From the human T2T-CHM13v2.0 reference genome, Homo sapiens: a stretch of DNA of 64,000 nt. How positions within the stretch are numbered: the first letter of the stretch is position 1; each line of letters opens with the position of its first letter. The stretch lies in NCBI RefSeq assembly GCF_009914755.1, contig NC_060928.1; one strand, written 5' to 3'. The notes under the pieces were generated by a model that saw only the letters and a list, made by a program, of their open reading frames with translations, was not told the DNA's origin and did no database searches. This document shows, piece after piece, positions 52,562 through 64,000 of the stretch. Made by a program: the position numbers and the translations under genes.

Positions 52562-53138
52562 AAAAGAAAATTTGTAGGATATGGATAAGTAATTTATTTT
52601 AGAAGAATTGATTTTTTGTAGAATGATTTGTGCTAAAGCAATACATCTCTTTCTATCATATCTGATATCTTGAAAACTTTTATGTTTCTTGTCACATTCA
52701 GTATTTTAAAAATAGGATTGATTCTAAGTTTTGAGTTTATGGTGCATTTGAATATTAGAGATATTATCTTTTATACATTTCAAAGCTTTGCTGCATTCTA
52801 AACTCAGTCCTGCCTTAGCCTTAGTAATGGCAATGAAGTGCGGGGATAGAATGTTCACTATTTTTTTATGTTCTGTTAAAATTTCATACCTCCTGTGCTA
52901 TCTTGAACTCTTACAGTTTTGGAATGGTGAGTGGGGGAAACAAGCATAAAACTATTACATAATTCATGTAGTTTTCACTGGGCAACAGTATCTATCCTCT
53001 GAATGGTGAAATGGCTACTTTTCATTTATTTATTTTTTTCTTTCCTGCGGTAAAACGCTTGAAAACTGCACCACTGGGAAATTGCAGCTATAGTCCATGT
53101 TTCAACATAGTCCATGCTTCCTTGAGTTGGCCACTTAC

Positions 53139-53686
53139 TGTTTACTCTCATCTCCTTAGGTTTAGCAGTAAAGACCTGTAAGATTTCTTCTGTTAGGATC
53201 ATCTAGCCATTCCAAACATTTCTCTTAGATTTGATTCTTTCAAGGCAAATCAACCCAATAAAAATTTCATAAATAACGGTGATCTAGCTGCCACATTTGG
53301 TGTTCTCATGTGATCAAACCAAATTTTATGTATACATTCAATTCTCAATCCAACCCAGTCTGTTTGCCTAAGCCATTCCAGACAAACTTCCACTTCGAAG
53401 GTTTTAAATGCATAAGTCAGATAGCAATCCTTCAGTTGCCCCAGAGGCATGTCACGTTCTTTGAATGCTTTATTATAGTCCTCTTCATTTAGCAATCAGT
53501 GAGGCAATACACTGACATCATGATCCCTTTTTTTAGGAACTCTGTACAAAATTCCCTTTGAAAATATAAATTTTGGAAATGAGTGATGAGCAAAGGGGTT
53601 TCATTAACATTATCACAATCTCTTGATATATCTGCTTGATAATGTAGCACCTATTATTTGGGGCCATTAGGACCTTGGCTGAAATT
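53139..53686 (-). other. Candidate non-coding exon (unverified)
   Basis: Minus-strand acceptor GTTTCTTTACATTTACCAG| at 53687-53688 and donor ACA|GTAAGT at 53138; no repeat recognised; no convincing ORF. Confidence 0.3.
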
Positions 53687-53730
53687 CTGGTAAATGTAAA
53701 GAAACCACATTTAACATCCAGTTAATTTAA

Positions 53731-54041
53731 TTTTTGTTTGTTTGTTTGTTTGTTTTGTTTTTGTTTTTGAGACGTTGTCTTACTCTGTCACCCAGGCTAG
53801 AGTGCAGTGGTGTGATCTCGACTCACTGCAACCTCCACCTCCACCTTCTGGGCTCAAGCAATTATCTTCCTCAGCCTGGGATTACAGGAACCCACCACCA
53901 TGCCCACGTAATTTTGTATTTTTAGTAAAGACGGGGTTTCACCATCTTGGTCAGGCTAGTCTTGAACGCCTCACCTCGTGATCCACCCACCTCGACCTCC
54001 CAAAGTGCTGGAATTACAGGCGTGAGCCACCTTGCCTGGCC
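53731..54041 (-). mobile_element. AluS (Sg4/Sx4-like) with (TTTG)n tail
   Basis: CACCATCTTGGTCAGGCT, ACCTCGTGATCCACCC, ends CCTGGCC. Confidence 0.92.
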
Positions 54042-55810
54042 TCAATATTGTTTTTAATAATTTCTGCTTTACTTGCAGTTAATCCTATCAGGCCGTCTAC
54101 CATACCCAGTTGTGTCAGCAAGAAGATCTGTACAATGATAAATAACACATGGCTCCCAGGGCTAAACATATTCCTAACACTTATATAAACACTTTTTCAG
54201 AAATTTGACAATATTTTATAATTAAACAATATCTTATTTTACAAGAAAAGATATGGTATCACAATACTCTGAGCAAAGAGTTAATTTGCTTCTCAAATTT
54301 CCTAGATAATGAAGTAGTCCTAAAATATTTAACTCAGTATTGGTAATAGTTTCAATTTGAGGAAGTGTTCTGAATAGCCTTTTTAATGCTGATGTCATAA
54401 GATTATGTTACAACCACAGACTTTCGATTAAAGACACTTTATTTTTAATTTTGTTCTAAAAAATAAAATTATATATAAATACACAGGTATCCTAAACTAT
54501 ATATGTATAATATACATATATGTATATATATACACAGAGAGAGAGAGAGGAGAGAGAAACAGAGACAAAGAGAGCCATAAATCCTGAATTTGTTGTTGTC
54601 AATGGTGTTTGATAGCATCACTTTGTAACTCAATAGGATGTATCTGCACAAAGCTAAAATTAATTTATTTTTGCCATACAAGGCAAGTGTATCTTGTTGA
54701 TGTCTATAGAGAAAATAAATCACCCTCTAAAGAACTGTTTATAAATAAATAATTGATATCGGAAAATTCAGAAAAAGTACCACTATCATTTTACATACCA
54801 TATTGCATTGAAATTATATGTTTATGCTTCTCTTGCTTCTACCTCTCTGTGAATTCAAGGTTAGAAAAGGAGAAATTTTTATCTTAGCATTCCCAGGACC
54901 AATCACAATATCTAATACTTACAGCATGCAATAAATGTTGGTTGAACTGAAATAAATCTGATATAAAAACAAATAATGCTTTAGGGAAGTGATTTTTCAT
55001 TTGAGATTATTTTCTCAGAAAAATTAATATGACCAGGTTGTCATCCTATGCAAACATTAGTATGCCTTATTGATTTTTCACTAAGTTATATATCTTATAT
55101 TATAAGACTTTTTTATGGGTGTCTCTACCTATAGATTCCAGGCACTAACAAACCTGTAGAAATTCATAAATTTAATGCATTTTATCAAGTTGATTAATAT
55201 AGCATGAACATTTTTCAATTGGCTTCACAAATCATTTATTGTTAAATGTTATTCTTATACCTGTATTAGAGAGAAAAAAGCCAGAGGTGGCAAGGTGATA
55301 TACAGATCAACTGGAAATCCACAAGTTTTGGTTTGGAACTCTTTGGAAAATTGAATAAAGAGTCACACCTTGCTCAAAACTGAATTAGTAAAAGCGATGT
55401 ACATATCAATAAACAAACTTCTCTAATAAAAAAAGCATTAAAAATATAGTCAGCATATATTTTTCTGGAATATAAAATTGAGGAACTAGAATAATTCAAC
55501 TTGAATAAGTGTAACTAATTCATTTTCTGCAAAATATTACCCAGAGTTTGAGTATTTTTCTATTTATTCTATTGGAAAAAAATGATATACCACTGTACTG
55601 GAAATATTCAGAAAAGTTAGTCTATTTTTTAAAATTGTACTTATTATACCTTTATAACCGTGAGATAATATATTTATTATTTGAATGAGAATTAAATGTT
55701 TATGATTTATACAAAAATGCCTGACACAGACTACTTTGCCCACAAAAGTTGAATGGTTATTTTTAGCTTATATATACCTATACAGGTTAATAGACATATC
55801 TTTACTTCTT

Positions 55811-56105
<295 letters not shown>

Positions 56106-56369
56106 AATATATCTTTACTTCTTATAAGAAATGAGTAACGTTATTAATTGTACCAACAGATAACATTCTTCCTCTCAGAGAGTAATATGCAATCATTTCC
56201 TAACCTTATTTTATTGCGCTATATTTTAAATATAATAAACATGTCAAAAATGTAGTTTCGTACATTTTATAAATTGATATATTTACCTAATTACACTAAA
56301 TCTAGAAAATACTATTGTGCTTATTCAAACTTCTCTTCTCTTCTTCAGAGGCAAACCTGTATAATTTCT

Positions 56370-56511
56370 TTGGTTTGTTTGTTTGTTTTAAGACGTAGTC
56401 TTACTCTGTTACCCAGGCTAGAGTGCAGTGGTACAATGTGAGCTCACTGCAACCTCCGCCTCCCGGGTTCAAGCGATTCTCCGGCTTCAGCATCCCAAAT
56501 AACTCGGATTA
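56370..56511 (-). mobile_element. 5'-truncated AluS (right arm only)
   Basis: (TTTG)n tail plus ~120 bp of right arm; TSD AAACCTGTATAATTTCT (56353) / AAACCCTTATAATTTCT (56511). Confidence 0.9.
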
Positions 56512-56924
56512 AACCCTTATAATTTCTATCATGATTGATTTTGTTCATCTTCAAATTCCAATAATTAGAATTCCTACAGGATGTGTGTGTGAGTGTGTAT
56601 CTGGTTTATTTTCTTTAGCATAAATAAATATTTGAGATTTAGCCAAATATTTGTGTGTATCATTTATTTTTCCTCATATTTCTGAGTTGCCTATGTATTT
56701 GTCAGAGTTTGCTTATTCATTAGTCTGTTAGTGAATATTCAGATTGCTTTCAGAATTAGCTTTTACAAATAAAGGACTTAGGTGCATTCTCAAACAGGTT
56801 TTTGTGTAAATATATGCTTTCATTTTTGTTGGATAAATTTCTAGAATTGAAATTGCTGTGCTATAGGGTAGATGTATGTTGGCCTTATTGAGAAGCAAAT
56901 TATTTTTCAAAGCGGTTGTTCCGC

Positions 56925-57242
56925 TTTTTTTTTTTTTTTTTTTTTGAGACACAGTCTCGCGCTGTCGCCCAGGCTGGAGTGCACTGGCGTGATCTGGGCT
57001 CACCGCAAGCTCCACTTCTCAGGTTCACGCCATTCTCCTGCCGCAGCTTCCTGATGAGTTGGGACTACAGGCGCCCGCCACCACACCCGGCTAATTTTTT
57101 TTTTTTTTTTTTTTTTGTATTTTTAGTAGAGACGGGGTTTCACCATGTTAGCCAGGATAGTCTCGATCTCATGACCCCGTGATCCGCCCGCCTCGGCCCC
57201 CCAAAGTGCTGGGATTACAGGCATGAGCCACCGCGCCCAGCC
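56925..57242 (-). mobile_element. AluY with expanded middle A-tract
   Basis: GCAAGCTCC, TTCACGCCATTCTCC, TTAGCCAGGAT; TSD core GGTTGTTC on both sides. Confidence 0.95.
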
Positions 57243-58166
57243 GGTTGTTCTATTTTACACTCTCACAAGAAATAGACACGACTTCTAGTTTCCCCACATA
57301 TTTGCCAATATAGTATTATCATTTTAAATGTTAGTCTTTCCAGTTTCAATGCATTTTGGTTGCATTTCCCCTTACCTAATAATATTGAGCATCTTTTCAC
57401 ATTCCTATAAGCCACTTGTATCTCTTGTTTTGTGAAATACCTGTTCAAGATTCTTATAACTATTTAGTGGATCTCAGGAGTACTCTGTGCGTTTTGAACA
57501 CGCAATTTTTTTCTCATACATATATGGAATAATTTATCACAGTCTATGGCTTAAAATTATATTTTCTTACATTTTGCAGTTTTATTAGGATACATTTTTA
57601 ATTAATATCTACAATTTATCAATTTTTACTCTTATGATAGTGCTTTCTCTGTTCAGAAATGTTTTTCCTATTATAATAGCTCGCAGATATTGTTCAATTT
57701 TTTTCTTTTAAAAGCTTTCTGAATTTTGCTTTTTCATTTTTATGCCTACATTAAAAATATTGGATTAGTTTTGTGTATACAAAGGACTGATGAATGTATT
57801 TTTTTAATATGAGAATGCACTTATTTCAAAAGCCTTTGTTAAAGACTTACTTTCCCCACTGAACTATCTACATGCCCTTATAAACATTTAATTTACTGCA
57901 TAGGTGGAGGTCTAATTTTGAACCCTTCTTTATCCTTATTATTTTTGTGTTATGATGTTTTGATACTGCAGCTTTCTTAGATGTCTGAAAATTGGCTCTA
58001 TTTTTTTCTCAAAATTCTAGGTCCTATGAATTTTCCAAACAAATTTTGGAAACAGCTTGTGAATTTCTCTCAAAATGTTTGCCACAATTTACTACAGAGT
58101 TGTAGTAAATAGATATAGAATTCATTGTAGTCAATAAATTACAAACTATATAGATTGCATTGATGC

Positions 58167-58475
<309 letters not shown>

Positions 58476-58930
58476 CTACTGCATTGATTCTAAAGATTAA
58501 CTTCCAGAGAATTCACATCAAACAATGTTGCATCTTCAAATCTATGAACATGGTAGATCTTTACATTTATTTAGGTCTTCTGTAATGTTTTTCTACATGA
58601 AATTTTAAAAAGTTTTAGTGTGAAAGATTTTTAAATGTTTCACTTAAATTATTCTTAACTATTTTTATACCACTAAAATTTTACTTTTAAATGTATTCTC
58701 AATTGTTTATTTCTAGTATTTAGAAATTCCATTAATTTTACATATTGTATTTTGTGTATTGACCTTTCATTCTACACATTCTGCACCATTATTGAATTTG
58801 ATTCTTATTATTCACAGCTTTTTAAATAAATATATTAGGATTTTCTTCATACACAATATACATATATATGTTCTGTGAATAAAAATATTTTTTCTTTTCA
58901 CTTTTCAATTTTTATGCTTTTCATTTCTTG

Positions 58931-60224
58931 ACGCCATGCAAGTCAGAAATCCAGAGGGGCAGCCAAATCTTAAAGCTCCAAAATGATCTCCTTTGACTCC
59001 ATGTCTCACATCCTGATCATGCTGATGCAAGAGGTGGGTTCCCATGGTATTGGGCAGCTCTGCCCCTGTGGCTTTGCGGGATATAGCCTGCCTTCTGGCT
59101 GCTTTTGTGGGCTGGTGTTGAGTGTCTGTGGCTTTCCCAGGCACATGGTGCTGTTGGTGGATCTAACATTCTGAGGTCTGGAGGATGGTGGCCCTCTTCC
59201 CACAGGTCCACCAGGCGGTGCCCCAATAGGGACTCTGTGTGGGGGCTCTCACCCAACATTTCCCTTCCTCACTGCCCTAGCAGAGGTTGTCAATGAGGGC
59301 CCCATCCCTGCAGCAAACTTTTGCATGGGCATCCAGGTGTTTCGATATATCTTCTGAAATCTAAGCAGATGTTCCCAAACCTCAATTCTTGATTTCTGTG
59401 CACCCACAGGCTCAACACCACGTGGAAGCTGACAAGGCTTGGGGCTTCCACCCTCTGAAGCAACAGCTCAAGCTGTACTTTGGTCCCTTTTAGTCACAGC
59501 TGGAGTGACTGGGATGCAGGGCACCAACACCCTACACTGCACACAGCATGGGGACCCTGGGCCCAGTGAAACCATTTTCTTCTAGGCCTCTGAGACTGTG
59601 ATGGGAAGGGCTGCTGTGAAGAATTCTGACATGCCCAGGAGACATTTTCACCATTGTCTTGGGATTGACATTCGGTTCCTCCTTACTTATGCAAATTTCT
59701 GCAGCCAGCTTAAATTTCTCCTCAGAAAATGGGTTTTTCTCTTCTATCACATTGTCAGGCTGCAAATTTTCTGAACTTTTATGCTCTGCTTGCCTTATAA
59801 ACTGAATGCCTTTAAAAGAACCCAAGTCACTTCTTCAATGCTTTGCTGTTTAGAAATTTCTTCTGTCAGATACCCTAATTCATCTCTCAAGTTCTAAATT
59901 TCACAAATCTTTAGGGCACGGGCAAAACGCTGCCAGTCTCTTTGCTAAAACATAACAAGAATCAACTTTGCTCTAGTTTCTAACAAGTTCCTCAAATCCA
60001 TCTGAGACCACATCAGCCTGGATCTCATTGTTCACATCATTATCAGCGTTTTGGTCAAAGCCATTCAAAACGTCTCTAGGAAGTTCCAAACTTTCCTGCA
60101 TTTTCCTGTCTTCTGCTGAGCCCTTCAAACTGTTCCAACCCCTGCCTGTTACCCAGTTCCAAAATTCCTTCCGCATTTTCAGGTATCTTTTCAGCAGCAT
60201 CCCACTCTACTGATACCCGTTTAC
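58931..60224 (-). mobile_element. THE1 internal sequence (MaLR), truncated at its 3' end
   Basis: AAATCTTAAAGCTCCAAAATGATCTCCTTTGACTCCATG etc.; broken MaLR internal ORF pieces such as 59973-60200 (NWVTGRGWNSL..ESLELPRD.LNGFDQNAD). Confidence 0.93.
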
Positions 60225-60579
60225 TGTATTAGTCTGTTTTAATGCTGCTGATAAAGACATACCCAAGACTGGGCAATTGACAAAAGAAAAAAGGTTTAAT
60301 TGGACTTACAGTTTCATGTAGCTGGGGAAGCCTCACAATCATGGTGGAAGGCAAAGAGGAGCAAGTCACATCTTACATGGATGGCAGCAGGCAAAGAGAG
60401 CTTGTGCAGGAAAACTCCCCCTTATAATAACCATCAGACCTCATGAGACTTATTCACTATCAGGAAAACAGCACAGGAAAAGCCTACCTCCATGATTCAA
60501 TTACCTCCCACTAGGTTCCTCCCACAATGTATGGGAATTCAAGATGAGATTTGGGTGGGGACACAGCCAAACCACATCA
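60225..60579 (-). mobile_element. THE1B-type LTR (the element's 5' LTR)
   Basis: TGTATTAGTCTGTTTT..GCTGATAAAGACATACCC..GGATGGCAGCAGGCAAAGAGAG..GATTTGGGTGGGGACACAGCCAAACCACATCA. Confidence 0.93.
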
Positions 60580-60989
60580 ATGAAGCTCTCTGTTGTATTT
60601 GTTAATGCTGATAATGTTTTTTTGTTTTGTTTTTGAGATAGAGAAGGAGACCTTAGAGACGAAAAAGGGGAAGCTGCATTAAAATTGGTAAAGGAAGAAA
60701 CATAATATGAAAGGAGGGAAATAATGAGGTAAAAGATGCAGAGACTGCTTTCCAGACAAAGTAAGAATGAACTTCACTTTGGAATAACAAAGCAGTGCTT
60801 GCTTGGCAAGGTGAGTCTTAGAATCTGACTAACATCAACAGGGCAGAGTCTCAGGTAATTAACAAAACCAAGAAGGAACAGGGAGCAGCAATGCTAAAAC
60901 ACAAGAACCCAGGTTACTTTGTCCTACTTCATAGTTGTTATTTTCCTAATCATTGGAGATAAGCTATGATTAACAGAAAAACTACCCAT

Positions 60990-61770
60990 GTAAAATATTG
61001 TCACCCAACTTTTAAGAAAAACAAGAAAGAAGATACAAAACTTAGCAAACAGAATAAGTAATTTCAGAGAATCAGAATTAAGACAAGAAACAAATGTAAT
61101 TACAGTAAGTGTAATTCATATCTTCAGAGACATGCAAGAAGAGGTTGCATTTTAGAAAATACTGATAATAGCTCTTGGATTAAAAACTCAACAGATGCTC
61201 TGAAGAGAACAATAGACATAGTTAAATATAGATCTAGCAAGTTTGAAGTTTAAAAGTTGAATAATTCTCTCTGAATCCAATGGCTAGGAAAAAACGAAGA
61301 AAGGTAAAGGGAGGTAAAGTGAAGATGAAGAATTGTTGACATAAAGTTGTTTAAAATACTAGAAAAAAAGGAAAGTAAACATAAAGACAGAAATAATTAA
61401 AGAACTAATTTAAATATTTTTTAGAACTAGAAATACTGTAGACTTGAGATTTAAAGTTTTCATAGAAGTATCAACTTATATTAATGGAGAAATTCTGATA
61501 GACATCTCTTGAAGAAGCAATGGGACACTAATTATTAGGACAGAATCATAAAGACTTCCAGAGTAGGAGGATAGAAAGGTAATTTTCAATGGAAAAAGAA
61601 GTAGATAGAAAAGAAAATTTATTCTTAAACAAGTAAATGTTGTTAATAACTGGGACAAGACCATCAATGTCTGAAGAAATAAATGTTTTTACAAATAGTG
61701 TCCTATAAGTACCCAAATACGCATTTAATTTTGTGGACAAAGCAAAGACAATTGTGCATATCTCCCAATT
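60990..61770 (+). mobile_element. HAL1 / L1 ORF1-like ancient fragment
   Basis: ATATCTTCAGAGACATGCAAGAAGA..AGCTCTTGGATTAAAAACTCAACAGATG..ATCATAAAGACTTCCAGAG. Confidence 0.5.
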
Positions 61771-61889
61771 CCCAAGCATTTAAAAATCCAAAAATAAAAT
61801 AATAAAATTAACAAACAGATTTTTAGAATTATGTCTGGCAGGAGTTTCGATCAGTCATAGAGCGCAATAGCATACTTGAAAATAAGGAC

Positions 61890-62371
61890 AATATGGCCAT
61901 TTTATTGATTCTTCCTATCCATGAGCATAGAATGTTTTTTCATTTGTTTCATCCTCTCTGATATCTTTGGTGTTTTTAGTTCTTACAGAGATCTTTCACC
62001 TCACTGGTTAGCTGTATTCCTAGGTATTTGATTCTTTTTGCAGCAATTGTGAATGAGATTGCATTCCTGATTTGGCTCTCCGCTTGACTCTTGTTGGTGT
62101 ATGGGAATGCTAGTAATTTTTGTATGTTCTTTTTGTATCCTGAGACTCTGCCAAAGGTGTTTTTCATCTTAAGGAGCTTTCGGGCCTTAAGCTTTTGGGC
62201 CTATAAAGTTTTCTACATAAAGGATCATGTAATCTACAGATAGGGATAGTTTGACGTCCTTTCTTCCTATTTGGGTACCCTTTATTTCTTTCTCTTGCCT
62301 AACTGTTTTGGCAAGGACTTCCAATACTATGTTGAACAGGAGTGGTGAGAGAGGGCATCCTTGTCTTGTGC
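61890..62371 (-). mobile_element. Internal primate L1 (L1P3/L1P4-age) ORF2 RT fragment
   Basis: ORFs 62187-62375 ([20 protein letters not shown]) and 61976-62167 ([23 protein letters not shown]). Confidence 0.93.
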
Positions 62372-62822
62372 ACAAAATACACTAAAATAAAATTGCTTAA
62401 AACTAGTGACAAAGAAAAATTCTCAAAGCAGCCAATGACAAAAACACGGTTTGCACAGAGGAACAAAAAATGTCAGCAAACATTTTATTGGAAACAAAGA
62501 AAATTAGAAGATGATGAAGCAACATCTTTAAAGTATTGGAAGATAAACATTGTCAGCTGGAAATTGTAGACTCAGAGAAACTATCTTTCAAGATGTAGGT
62601 GAAATAAAGATTTTGTTCAGGCACTTAGAACCTGAAAGAAATCATCACCAGTAAAACAACACTATAAAAAATGTTAAAGAAAATGTTTCAGGCAGAAGTA
62701 AAATAATATCAAAAGGAAATTTGGATCTACATAGAAGAATGAAAAGCACTGGAAATGGTATCAACATGGTTAAATATATAAGATCCTTTTATTTCTGTTT
62801 GAATTCAATTGATTGTTTAAAC

Positions 62823-63025
62823 AAGGGGTCAGCAAGCTATAGCTTCATGGGTGGACTGCCTGTTTATGTGAACGAATTTTTACTGACACACATTCATGCT
62901 CATTTGTTTATGTATTATCAATGGGTGCTATAGAATTACAAAAGCGGAATTAAGTAGTTGTAACAGAGCCTAATGGCACACAAGCCTAAAATATTTAGCT
63001 TTTAAGAAAAGCATGTCCGGTTCTA
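62823..63025 (+). mobile_element. MER58A
   Basis: AGGGGTCAGCAAGCTAT..CTGCCTGTTT..CATGCTCATTTGTTTATGTATT..AGTAGTTGTAACAGAG..AAGCCTAAAATATTTA. Confidence 0.8.
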
Positions 63026-63384
<359 letters not shown>

Positions 63385-63675
63385 TTACAACCTATATAAA
63401 AATAAATTACATGACAATAACAGAACAACAGTTAGGATAAAATAATGAAAATGTTACTTCATGATACTGTATGTAAAGTAGTATATTATAATTTGAAGGT
63501 AGAATGTGATGAGTTAAAGATGTATACTACAAACTCAAAAACAACCATTAAAATTAACAATATAGAGAGTTTTAATTCTCAAGTAAAAAAGGAGATAAGA
63601 TGAAACCATAAAATGTATTTAATTCATAGAAAAGAAGGCAAACAAGAGGGAAAATAAGCAAAACACAGATGGGAT

Positions 63676-64000
63676 GGTAGGGGAAGCAAAATTTTATTAC
63701 CATCTTCTTAGTTTTTTTTTTCCCCCTCTGCTAAGCCTGAGAATTAAATTGATATAAGACAGATCAACAGGAAAATGCATACAAATTTATTTAATACATG
63801 TATTATGTGGCATGAGAGATTCTTTAAGGAAGGCTCAATGACATAATCACTTATGTTCTGAAGTAGACACAGAGTAGTAAATTGTGAAATATGACAAGAC
63901 AAAGGAGCTGGAACTAGTGTAGTTAATTGGGTGAAGAGTTGATTAACAGGATAAGGGTTGGTTTAACAAGGTCTGTTTGTACAGGTTTCCCTTGCCTCAA
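63676..64000 (-). mobile_element. MER34-group LTR (runs off the window)
   Basis: GAGAATTAAATTGATATAAGACAGATCAACAGG..GCATACAAATTTATTTAAT..GAGTAGTAAATTGTGAAA..GATAAGGGTT.GTTTAACAAGG. Confidence 0.55.

Noticed and set aside
53250-53495. 81-aa ORF as a protein-coding gene or named pseudogene
   Set aside because: It has a non-ATG start and no recognisable homology, and its ends do not coincide with the splice sites; kept only as a non-coding exon candidate
58905-60213. Cluster of overlapping ORFs on both strands
   Set aside because: Frameshifted remnants of the THE1 internal MaLR ORF; no intact frame

Overview
This is primate, most likely human, nuclear DNA. It is visibly AT-rich, CpG-poor and gene-poor, like an L-isochore intergenic or deep-intronic region. 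The window is mostly a layered record of transposable elements: about 16 Alus (FLAM/J/S/Y), L1 fragments from ancient L1M/L1ME up to L1PA6/7, L2/MIR, MaLR (MLT1, THE1B), ERV LTRs (MER31, LTR12, LTR40, MER77, MER57, MER4, MER34-like) and DNA transposons (MER58A, MER8, Tigger1, MER6A, MER5, Zaphod/MER115, Tigger15a-like), plus microsatellites. I find no credible protein-coding gene, RNA gene, CRISPR array or operon-like system. Nearly all listed ORFs are Alu-, L1-, THE1-internal- or microsatellite-derived, or short chance ORFs. Repeat names come from my recall of consensus sequences, not from a search, so subfamily calls and boundaries are approximate. The best second-look items are modest: (i) a non-repeat, exon-like minus-strand segment (53139-53686) between inverted Alus; (ii) two old local duplications (34681-34985 tandem; 43093-43250 vs 44925-45084); (iii) a solo LTR12 with six CCAAT boxes; (iv) a 10-tract G-quadruplex expansion in MER4; (v) atypical retroelement junctions. 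I cannot support a claim of a new biological system here.
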